64,000 nucleotides of DNA from the NCBI RefSeq assembly GCF_048593235.1, contig NC_133617.1, positions 627,668,958 to 627,732,957 of the forward strand. Direction: 5' to 3'. The stretch is from Sminthopsis crassicaudata (Eukaryota). This document shows positions 48,290 through 60,100 of this stretch, piece after piece. Position 1 is the first letter of the stretch. Each line of letters starts with the position of its first letter. The notes under the pieces were generated by a model. It saw only the letters and a program-made list of their open reading frames with translations. It searched no databases and was not told where the DNA came from. Position numbers and translations under genes: made by a program.

Positions 48290-49000
48290 CTGGAGTACCT
48301 CCGAGAACCACACTTGTCAGCACCCTTCTCCTCCGCCCGCACCGGGGACCTTCCTTTTATGCTAGTGGCGCCCTAGCACCGCAGCCAATCAGCGGACGCG
48401 GCCTTTCTCTATTTCCCGATACGACGCACCACTTTAATGCGTGGCTCCGCCCCCTTTTGGGAAGAATTGCGCATGCGCAACGTGCTTCCTTGGGCGTTCC
48501 GGATGGCTGTTTTCCGCTTCTCAGCTTGTGGCTGGGGCGAAGACGACGACAGCAGATTGGGGGTGGGTACGGCGGGAAAGCTTCCGCGGCGCGAGTCGGC
48601 GCCGTTACGGGCCGGGGTAGCCGAGTGGGCGTGCGAGGTCTCGCGTGGAGGAGCTTCCCCATGTCTCCGCCCCCACAGCCTCTATCTCGGATCGGAGCGG
48701 GGGCGGGCCCCTCGCCCCCTCCCCGCCTGCCGGGCTGTGCTGTGGCCCAAGTCCAAGTTGAAGGGCAGCAGTCGAAGGAAGCAGGCCTCAGTTAGGGGAG
48801 GTGTGTGCGGGGCTCCCAGCCTCAGTCTCCCGACATGGAGTGGACTCTGTGGTTCTGGCTTGGGGGAGCTGGTGAGTTGGAGGAGGACTGCCTGCCCTGG
48901 AAGCCCTCGGGGTTTGCCGGGGGTGGGGGCTGGGGGGGCAGTGCTGGTGTAGCGGAGGGAAAAGGCGGCAGTTCTGTTCCGCAGCTCCTCACCCGGCCGG
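48290..49000. promoter_or_regulatory. CpG island promoter of the Ig-domain gene
   Basis: CCAAT box AGCCAATCAG (48383-48392), GC box CTCCGCCCC (48445-48453), perfect NRF1 site TGCGCATGCGCA (48468-48479). Confidence 0.8.
48835..48871 (+). CDS. Putative leader exon (MEWTLWFWLGGA)
   Basis: GACATGG Kozak context, short hydrophobic peptide, strong phase-1 donor G|GTGAGT. The signal peptide is short, so the assignment is tentative. Confidence 0.6.
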
Positions 49001-52000
49001 GGACTTCTAGAGGAGGAAGTTGGATCTGGCTTCCTAAGGTTCCTTCTAGATCTGACGTTCTGTGGTTCCCCAGGAGTCCCAGAGGAGGCTGGTCCCAGTA
49101 GGGAGCACGGGGGCATGGGGGCAACTTTTAGAGGTTGGCTTTGTGGCTTCGCTCCCTTTTGCCAGAGGTTTTAAAAGCACACGTGGGAAGGAGATGTAGG
49201 GGCTCCCTGGCATTGTCACTGTTTTACACATGGTGAGTTTCCTTTTCCGATCCAGCTACCTTCCACATTTCCATGGACCCCTCTCCGGTGCTGGTCTCCC
49301 TAGGGTCAGACGTGCTCCTGCAGTGCATTTTCCCTGCAGTGGGCAAGGACACGCCAACTCCCACTGTGTTCTGGCACCACGGCCAGTGGCGTCTGGCGGA
49401 GTATGATGGGATCTTAGTGACCCAGCGCCCAGGCACAGAGCTACCCGAGAGTGCAGAGGGCCTGCGGAAGGGCAATGCTTCCCTGCTGCTCCATCGTGTG
49501 GCCATGGCAGATCTGGGCTCTTACTACTGCACTGTGACAGTTGGGGAACAGCAGGCAGAAGCTGGAGTTCTTCTGGAGATTTCAGGTAAGGGTGCCGCCT
49601 CCTGGTAGAGGCTTAGTGGTTCCGCTGAGAGCACTGGAGTAGGAGTTAGACAACCGGGGTTTAGATCCTGGAGCCCGGCCTTAGTGACTATGGGACCCTG
49701 GTCCTCAATCACTTATATGGCCTAATGAATAAAGTGCTGCACTTGGAGCCAGGAAGACTTAAATTCAAATCTTATATTACTAGCTGAGTAACACTGGGCA
49801 AGCCACTTAATCTCTCTAAGCCTCAGTTTCCTTACCTGTCAAATGAGAGGGCTGGCCTCTAAGGTCCTTTCCAGCTCAAAATCCATGATATCTTATGATT
49901 TATCAAGATAGAGGCTGATAATCCTAGAAATAATAAAATATAACCCAAGAACAACTCCTGCTCCCTTTTGGGTAGTGTTATACATTTTCATCATATTCCC
50001 TATGACAGTATAGAGAAAGCATGATTTTTCTACTTATCATTTCTATAGTGTTGGTGTAGTGTAGGCAAAAGAAGACTTGACAGGGAGTTAGAAGCTCTAG
50101 ATTCTAATTTTGCTGTTGCTGCCATCACTTGCTGTGACTAGAGCAAATCAAAAATTATTCTATCTATAGTTCCCTCTAATGTTAAAAAGTGGGAATAGTC
50201 TGCCATAACTGTCTTACAGAATTGTGATGATGAAGGGAGATAATACATGTGAAACTACTTTGTAAGCTATGAAGTTCCAGATAGATTTACCTTTATTATA
50301 CCATAGATGGCCAAATTTTTTTTCTGCCAACTTGTGAACCCCAAGCTGTTCTGCCATTTGTTAACCTACAGCCAAGAAGCAATTGCTATCTTAACGAAAA
50401 CCAAATATTGGAAACTTTCTATAACACTGATTCTTGTGAATTTCCATCCTTTCTATTTTCCAAGCAGTTGGGTATTTAGAACCCCTGGATCTTTCTGTCT
50501 TAAAGGTACTAACTGAGACAGTCATGAGGAGGGAGAGGAGGCTTCCGGATCTGCATTGTTCTAAATACTCCTCCTGTTTTGGGGACTCTTCAGGTAGTTG
50601 GGAAGGATTCTAAAGTCTGATCTCCTAATTCTGCCAATATGCAGAATTCTGGGCAGTTGTCATCCCAATTCACTAGAGACTGATTGTTTTTAGAAAGCCA
50701 GAGGTTTACAACATGTAAATCTCCCATCTGCTTTTTTCTGCTTCTGAGCTGCCAAACACAGCGGGGGGAAAAACCCGAAGCCAAAGTTCATTTCCTCCCT
50801 TATAAATTATTATTTCTTAACAATCATCTTAGACAATGCACTCTCCCTTCTATTTGACAATCTTTTTAATTCATCCATTGCCTATCCTTATCCTATTCAC
50901 TATATTATCTTGTTCCATTTCCTTTCTTTGCTCAATCTTCCATTCTCAAGCCTTATCAGATCTCATCTTTTATTTTACTGAGATTCTTTAAAAATAGGAA
51001 CTTTTACTGCTACTTCCAGTGGCCCTCAAAACATGTTTTCATCCATTCTCTTTTTGTAGAGGAAGAGGTATTATTTGGCTCTACAAACATTAAAAATCTA
51101 TAATGAACAAAATCCTGTGATTGGATTAGAAACCAAAAAAGGGAAGCAGTCCTTGCAAATCGGACAGGATGAGATGGGTGTGTGTGACATTAATATTCAT
51201 ACAGGTAAAATATAACACAAAGTATGCAACTGGGGAATAGAAGAGAATGTTAGACAATGCTCTAAGAGTGACTTGAGGGATCACAACTTTCAGTGAGACC
51301 ATGGAACAAGATTTTTCTTTAAAAAAAAAAAAAAAAAAAAAAAAGTAACCTGAGCTATTCTTTGAAGGAAGATAAAGATTCTGAAAGGCTTTAATGAGCA
51401 TTCATTCTAGTCATAGGACAGCTTGTGCTATAGATGCACTAGATAGGTTACAATCAAAATTGTGGAGGCTTTAAAGCCAGGCTGAGGAGTTTGTATTTTA
51501 TCTTAGAGCTTAAATAGAGATCCTCCTCAAGGTTGCTGAGCTGAGGGTGACATGTTCAAGTCTGTGCCTTAGGAAAATTATATTTGCAGTGGGAAGAATG
51601 GATTTAGGAGGGGAAAGGCTTTAAGCAGAATGACCAATTAGTATAATAAGTATAGGTAGATAGTATAATAATTCAAAGGAGAGTGGATGTGGAATTGGAC
51701 TCTTGCAGTGGCAAGGTAAATTGTGAGAATCAATCAATTAATAAACATTAAGCACCTGCTATGTACCAGACATTGTGCTAAGTGACAGGGGATCTAAAAA
51801 GGCAAAAGAGAATTCCTGCTCATAGGAACCTTACACTGTAATGAGGGAGACAACATGAAAACAAAGTAACAATGTAAGTAGGATAAAAAGGAAATGGTTA
51901 ACAAAAGAAAGGTACTGGAATTAAGAGAGGTTAGGGAAGTCTTCATGTAGGCCATAGAATCTATAGGATCTTAGTTGAGATTTAAAATAAGCCAGGGAGA

Positions 52001-55000
52001 TCTGTAGGTAGAATTGAGAAAGGAGAGCATTCTACGAATGGGGAACAGCCAGAGATAAGGAGTGTTCTGTAGGTAGAATGGAGAAAGGAGAGCATTCTAC
52101 GAATGGGGAACAACCACGAGGTCAGTGTGTCACTGGGTCAATGTATATGTGTTAGAGAATAAGGTATAAGAAGATTGGGGGGAGGGTGTGAAAAATTGAG
52201 CTGGGTTTTGAAAGAATTTGAATGCAAAATAGAGCATTATTTCTTTGATCCTGAGGGCATAGGGAGCCACTGAAGTTTATGGACTAGGGGTTGGTATCAC
52301 ACCAGTTTCTGTAAAATCATGTTAGGTGCGATTGCAAGATGGATTGAGAGAGATATGAGGCAGGCTACCCACCAACGGGCTGTTGGAATAGTTTGGTTAT
52401 GTGGTGGTGAGGGCTAGAATACAGGTTATCAGAGGAGAGAAGGAAGTATATTTGAGAATTATAGCAAAGATAAAATCAACAGGCCTTGGCAACTGCTTGG
52501 ATATGGGAAGTGAGATGATGAGGAATCCAAAATAACTCCTATGCTTGAGCAATTGAGAGGATGGTGTTGCCCTCTCACCGTAATAGAGAAAAGGGGATAA
52601 TGAATTGGGGGTGGTCCTATAGGGATAAATAATGAGTTTAAGATGCTTACTCAACATTTGGCTTGAGATGCCTGAAAGATGGAGGTGCAAGATTGGAGGC
52701 AACAGAGAGGTTAGGATAGTGCAGGTAGATTTAAGAATCATCAGCATAGAGAAAATAATTAAATCCCATGGAAGCCAATGAAATTACCAAGTGAAATAGT
52801 AAAAAAAGGGGACATATAGAAAAGATGGAGAGGAAGAGTCAGTAATACTTGGTGACTGATTAGTAATGAGAGTGAGGATAGAATCAGATACTTCCAGTTT
52901 TTTAATTTGGTGACTTGAGAAGATTGTACTATCAACAGAAATGAGGGTGTTTGGAGAAGAGGTAAGTCGAGGGAAGAGAGATCATGATGAAGTCTGCTTT
53001 GGAGATGTTGAGTTTAAAAGTGAAATAAGACACCTTATTTCAAGTAAAGATATAGGTCTATCTGAAATTCAAGAAAGATTTGGGAATTATTTGAAACAAG
53101 ATGATAATTGGATTCATTGAAGAAGATGCCATCACCAAGGGATGGAATATTGAAGAAGAGACAATTTAGGACAGAATCTTTTTTATTTTTTTATTTTATT
53201 TTTTTTTTATTATATATATATATTTTTTTATAATATTATCCCTTGTATTCATTTTTCCAAATTACCCCCCCTCCCTCTATTCCCTCCCCCCGATGACAGG
53301 CAGTCCCATACATTTTACATGTGTTACAATATAGTCTAGGTACAATACATGTGTGTGAATATCATTTTCTTGTTGCACAATAGGACAGAATCTTGAGGAA
53401 TATATATGGCTGAATCATAAAAGGAAAAAATCTCACTAAGAGAACAGTATCATTCATAGAAACCCAAGATGAGAACAGATCAGCAATATCAAAATCTGCA
53501 GAAAGGTCAAGGAAGATGAAGAATGACAAAATGCTATAGCATTTAATAAGAGGTCACTGGTTGACTACAATAACGTAGACAAATAAAAATAATTGCCAGA
53601 AAATCATGAATAAGCTTAATTATCATAACCAAAATGGTTGGTCCTCAAGAAGTGTTTTAAAAAATGTACCTTCTTTTCTTTGCAGAGGAGAGAGAGAATG
53701 GCTGTGAAATATTGCACATATTATCAGATTTGGTTAATGTATTGGATATGTTGATTTTTAATTAACTGTTTTTTTTTCTTTGTTGCAAGGGATGAACTCT
53801 TTCAGGGAGAGAAACATATTTATGAATAAATGTAAAAATATAATTAAAAAAACTGTTGAGATTCTCAAGCTCTGAAAAAGGCTAAATATAATGATGGGAT
53901 CAAGACTCAGATAATGAGATTTGAGTGAGTCAGAAGATGGTAGGACTAAGTAGTAATAGAAAGAAAAATGATTACAGGGAAAGAGGGTTTTTGCCTCAGC
54001 AACAGAGATTGGGGAGCAAAAGGTGTAAGATGATGATAAGTTTCTCAATAGGTAGGAAAAGCGAGGGTAAGATGAATGGATTTGGAATAAAGGAGAGGAT
54101 GGGGAGACTAGTGGTCTTGGTGGGGATAAAGAGCATGTTTAGGAGAAGAGAGATGGAAAGATGCTATTTTGATTCCAAGAAAAGAAATTTCAGAATTCAG
54201 GATTATGGGAAAGTAGTTATATGTGATATTGAAGTCTAAAGTATGAACACATCTTAGATAGCTAAGAAAGAGAAGGTATGGAAGCTGTGGGGAGTTGTAG
54301 AGGTTGATGACCTTGATGCTAAATATTGAAGTCACCAGAAATGGGATACCAAATGTTTGAGTAGAGAGAGAAATTTTAAATTTTACCACTCATTGTGGTA
54401 GAAGGCAGAAATGACATCTGGATCAGTAGATGACAGCAATGAGGATTTTTAGGCAGAGCATTGCAGTTGGATTGGGTTAACCCCAAAGGAAGGTGGGTTG
54501 TTGAATGATGGTGGCTGAGGGAAAATCTAGAACAAGTAGGGAACAAGGAGTAAATCACTTCTTCCCTCTTGTATTTGTATGTCAAAAAACATGAAATGAA
54601 GAATAGCCAGTACAGGAGACGGTGTCTTCAGGTGAAAACACCAGAATGTGTGAGTGGACAAAATCTTAGATGAAAAAAAAATTTTTATAAGGATTGGAAT
54701 ACCTCTTTGGTGAACATAAATAAAATGTAGTTATAGAAGAACACATTTTCAGACATAGCCAATATAATGATTTATTTTGCATTCTCATTTATTACAAAAC
54801 AAAGTTTGAAGAGGTGGATGGAAAAGTCATTGGTGACATTGATATTTGGTGGTGAGGGTGGGGTTGAAGAGTTCTGAGTCAGTCAGAGTTAAATGAGTTG
54901 CTCAGGGTCACACAGCTAGTAAATGTCGTGTCAAATGTCTATCAAATGCCCAGGATAGCTATTTGTAATGGTGGCACTGTGAAAGTCTTTTGGTGAAGGA

Positions 55001-57124
55001 AAACTCTAATTCTAGATAAATAACAGAAGCAGCCATTTCAAAGCTACTCATGATGAATACTTGCCTGGATTTGATAAGAGGACTTGTCTAAATCTGACAC
55101 ATTTGAAATCAGATCCTCCTGATTCCAGGGCTACTGCTCTATCTACTATGTCATCTAGCTGCCCCTAACAGTGACATTTTAAAAGCATCAGCAAAACAAA
55201 AGGCTGGGAGAGGAAGGGAGAAGATCAGAGAACTGGAGTTTGAGATAGAATGATGGAACTGGAAATCAAATAATAAGTGGGTAGTGATAAGGAAGTGGTT
55301 GCAGAGAAAAGAGGGTTTGTTGTTTTTTTCCTGATCAAATCACTGGGGAGCAAGACATAAAAACTTGCTAGTGAAGGTCAGGGGAATTGACCAAGTACAA
55401 GAAAATTTGTAGATTAAATCAGCCGTAAGGTTCTTTTTTTTTTTTTTTTTTGCTGAGGCGATTGGGGTTAAGTGACTTGTCCAGGGTCACACAGCCAGGA
55501 AGTGTTAAGTGTCTGAGATAAGATTTGAACTCAGGTCCTCCTGACTTCAGGGCTGGTGTTCTATCCACTGTACCACCAAGCTGTCCCTTAACCCTAAGGT
55601 TCTAATTAGAATCTTGATATGAAGGTATCTGTGGTTATGATGTGTTCCAGGTAAAACGTGATTTGCTTAGAGGGTCCAGGATAGCTATTTGTAATGGTGG
55701 CACTGAAAGTCTTTTGGTGAAGGAAAGCTCTAATTCCAGATAAATAGCAGAAGCAGCCACTTCAAAGTTACTCATGATGAATACTTGCCTGGATTTGATA
55801 AAAGGACCTGTCTAAATAGGCCCTAATAGCTTCATTCAACTCACTGCAATTTTATTTTGCTGAACCTCCTCCAATCCTGCAAATGACCAAAGTAGAGGAA
55901 GAAAAGGTAGTTGGTAACAGCAGCCAGGAAGGCCATGGAATCCATCTCTTTTAATGCTGATTGTTTTGCTACATAACACTTCATCTTAACAAATGTTAGT
56001 GCTTCCCTGGTGCCTGAAGCATAAAATTTAAACTTGTGTGGTATTCTTCACTAGCTCTCTGAATTATACTCCTGTGCTTTCCCATCTCTGTGCATTTCTT
56101 ACCCTGGTTCCTTTACTTAGAATGTCTTCTCTCCTGAAGCTCAATGCAGTTGCCACTTTCTCCAGGAAGCCTTTCCTGATTTCCTTTCTCTGTAACAAAC
56201 TTGCCCTTTAAACCTTACTCGGTTCTTTGACTTGCATCTTTGTGACATGATTATCATGTAATGTTTAGTATTAGCACCATATCTGGCACTTTGTAAGTGC
56301 TTAATAAATGCTTTATTTATTATTATAGTTATCTCTGCTTTTGTTTTATATCTCCATCAAACCTACCATATCCTGTCTTGACATTGTATCTACTCCTTTT
56401 TTGCATAGGTGTTTTGCATGCATTGAAGTGTTTAATAAGAACTGAATGAATAAAACAAATGCATGACTCTCCTATGAAAAAAACCAAAACCTTTCCTGCT
56501 TCTGCTTACTGCCCTTTTTCCCTCTTGCAGCCAAACTTCTGGAAAGAGCTATGATGATGATCTGCTTTCTAATCTTCATTCTGCACCTGTTACAACTTCA
56601 GTAAAATTATTTTCTCAGAAGTAGCCAATGACCTCTTTTTCTTCAGATTTAATATCTTTGTTTCAATCTTTAACCTCTCGTAATCTTTTTAGTATTTGAC
56701 ATTGTGGACTCATTCTCTCCTGGCTTTAATGACATCGTATTTCCCCAGTTTTTCCATTTTTCTAACCATTCTACCATTCTTCTTATCTCTTTTTCTTATC
56801 TGTTTAACAGTCATTTCTCAACACTGTCCTTGGCCCTCTTCTATTATTCCAAAGAGATTTCATCCAATTTTACCTCTTTAACTGGCATATTGAAAGGGGT
56901 TGGAAAGATGACACCAAAATCTATGTCTGCCTATTAGGTGTCTCCACCTAGATGTCTTGCTAGCTAGGACCTTAAGTTCAACATAGCTTAAAACCACATT
57001 TCGTATCTTACTTATTTCCTTCTGGCTTTGCTAGCCTATAGATAACTTTCATTCTCTACAATTAATCCTGTAGATTCATTTTGGAAAAGTTTTCCTATCT
57101 GCCCCCACCCTCAATGCCTGGTTT

Positions 57125-57156
<32 letters not shown>

Positions 57157-60100
57157 TTTTTTTTTAATTGCTACTCTCATTCTAGGCCCATAGCATTTCT
57201 CTTCTAGACTTACAAAAGTCTCCTGACCTCCTTGGTTTCCCATCAGTCCTTTTTCCACACCACATCCATCATGATCTGGCCTTGATATAATGTCATTCCA
57301 TTTCATTGGGTCCCTTTGGCTTTCTTCAGTTAGCAGCAAAATCTCATTCCTTAGATTATTACTCAAAGTCACAATAGGGCTTCAGGCTTCCTTTCCCTTC
57401 TGACCAAAAGTGGTCTGCTCATCACTGCCAGCATAAATTGTGTCTGTAATTTTGTTGCTTTTGCTTATTTCCTTCAAAGCCCAACTCAATATTTTGTTTA
57501 TCATATGTAGCACATTGTTCAGGGTTTTGCCTCATATTAAGTATTTGCTAAAGAAAGGAAGGCATAAAAAAAGATTTCTTTCCCTTTTGGGGAGAACAAA
57601 TTAAGATAATGAAGTTGTTTGGTGAGTAGGATAATAGATTTAGAGCTAAAAAGGATTTTGGAAGTTGTAGAGTAGAAGTAGGGAATGTCTGGCCTTGCCA
57701 AGGCAACCACAGCTGATGATGAGCTAAGAGTTAGGTACAACAACCTCCTACAACTTGACTTCTATAAGTTGATAATTTTGTATGGCCTGCAAATGATATT
57801 ATAAATATTCAAATGACCCTTGGCAGAGAAAAAGATTCCCCAACCCTGTTATAGAGTCTTAATTACCTCATTTAACTGAGAAGGAAATGGAAACCTAAAA
57901 CTGCTAAATAATGTGCTCTGCGGTTCCACAGTTAATAAAGTCAGGAAGCTGAGTTTGGATGTTTGAACCCAAACCCTCTGATTCGCCAGATAGTGCTTTT
58001 TTTTTTTTTTTTTTCACATGTTATAGTAGTAAGGACTTCTCTGTTTCAGGTAATCATTGTCCTTAGGAGCTAGAAAGAGCCAGAGAGGAGACAGGTCTGT
58101 TCTGTCAGCTGCCTTCACAGTATCTGTAGATCTTTTTACTTTGTCCTACATATACTGAATAATTTTCCCTTTTCTCATGCTCTCAATGCCCTTTCAATTT
58201 TTCTCATTATATAAAAATGAAGACCCTTGAGTAGCTTGGCCCTGATTAATTTAATCTAAAAAAAGTTGATATTCAATAAAATACTTTATCTTATCATGTG
58301 ATTTTTTTCAAAGCACATTATAGATATCTTCTACCATGCTAGTCATAACTCTATGAGGTAGTGTTGTCTTCCATTTGATGGGGAAACTGAGACTCAGGGT
58401 AAATAACTTAAGGAGCACACTGCCAATCAGTAGTACTTCCAAGCAGAAAACATATGTTGATTTCTAGTCTAAAGTTCTATCCACATTTTGATTTTGTCCC
58501 TGAAACTGTCAGCTAGGAAACTCATTTCCCTCTTAAGGTTTTTGCTTTGGGGGTGTTAGGCCGGGACTTTGAGCTGATTCTGATTTTGTTCTCTTTCTCC
58601 CTCTCTCCATGTCTTTGCATCTATATTTCTCTTTCTTTTCTCTTTCTGTTACTTTTTCATCTTTGGATCTATATTTTTATATTTCTCTCTCTTCCTATCC
58701 CATTTTATCTTTCTCCTTCAGGATCCGACCTGCAGATCTACACAGAGCCCTCTTCTTGGGTGACTATGGGCTCTTCAGCACTGCTCAAATGTCGCTTCAG
58801 CATAGGGGATGTAATTGAATTGAGTTCACTCACAATACGTTGGTATGCTCCAGGGGGACGAATTGTAGCCCAGTTTCCACCAAAGAAGGAGGAGGAGGAG
58901 GAGGAGGAGGAGGAGGAGGAAGAGAAGATGTGGGTGAAGGGCCTGGGGGGCTAACAACCTTAGGCTCTTTTTCTGAGGCAGAGCTGCTTTTGGGCAATGC
59001 CTCCCTGACAATACTCAGAGCCCAGCCTAAGGATGCAGGACTCTACAGCTGCAGTGTGGGATATGGAGGTGAGGAACGGCACAGTGAGAGCCTCTTCAGT
59101 GTCATTGGTGAGGAAGGGTAATCCCTCTAATCTTGAACCCTTTGCTTTTAGTTTTTTTTTTTTTGTCCTTGATATTTCTGAATTTTAGCCATTCAGATTC
59201 ATTTCTTCTATCCATCTTGGTGAAAATTATATCTCTTGTGATCTCTGGGTCCCTAAAGCATCCCTCATCTATGTCTGTAGATAGTTGTAGTATCTTAAAG
59301 ACACTGCCCATAAGTTTGCCCCTATAATGTGTGCAAATATTTCTTAATACATTCTGGTGGCTCCTGCTTTGCAATGAAAGCCTTTTATGTTTTCATTCAA
59401 CTTCTGCCTCCAGTGATTGAGATTCTAGGTCTTAAAGCTAAATCAATCTAAATATTAATATTGGTATTTCTCACTCTTTCTTTACATGGCTCTAGCTGCC
59501 CCCCACATCTCCTTGTTTCCAGTCCAAGTCTCTCTAGGAGAGAAGATTACCCTGCTGTGCCAGATCAAAGGTTTCTACCCTGCAAGGGGTCTTCAGGCCT
59601 GGTGGTTACGGAATGGTCAGAGGCTACCAGAGGCTATCTCTATGGGGTCCCCCACACAAAATCCTGATGGCACATTTGATTTGGAGCTGATCTTAAATTT
59701 GACCCTTGAGTCCCATGATCTAGAAGCCAACTTTACCTGTCATGTTACTCATCCTGCTCTGGAACATCCTCTGCAACAGATATTAGACATGGAAGTCAAA
59801 GAAGGTGAGGGAGATACAGGGACTATCTGAGCAAGAGGGCAGAAAATTATTATTGGGAAAACACATGAAAAGAAATTTGAGAGACTATATAGTGTGGTGG
59901 AAAAGCACTGGAGTTAGAGGGAATCCTGTTTGTGCTACTTGCTCTCTTACTTTGGGAAATCCAGCATGGATAAACTTAGCTCCTTTGAGCCTCAGTTTTT
60001 TTTTTTTAAACTATAAAATGAGGCATTTGGGTTAAATGATCTTTCAGTTCCCTTCTAACTCTTAAGTCCTATGGTGACATTTCAAGCTGAATATTCTCTA

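Noticed and set aside
52002-52115. 49-bp direct repeat with 65-bp period
   Set aside because: It is a small slippage duplication within old LINE sequence, with no sign of function.
49586-58721. An additional Ig exon in the 9.1-kb intron between V1 and V2
   Set aside because: I found no Cys/Trp Ig pattern in any frame; the sequence is repeat-derived.
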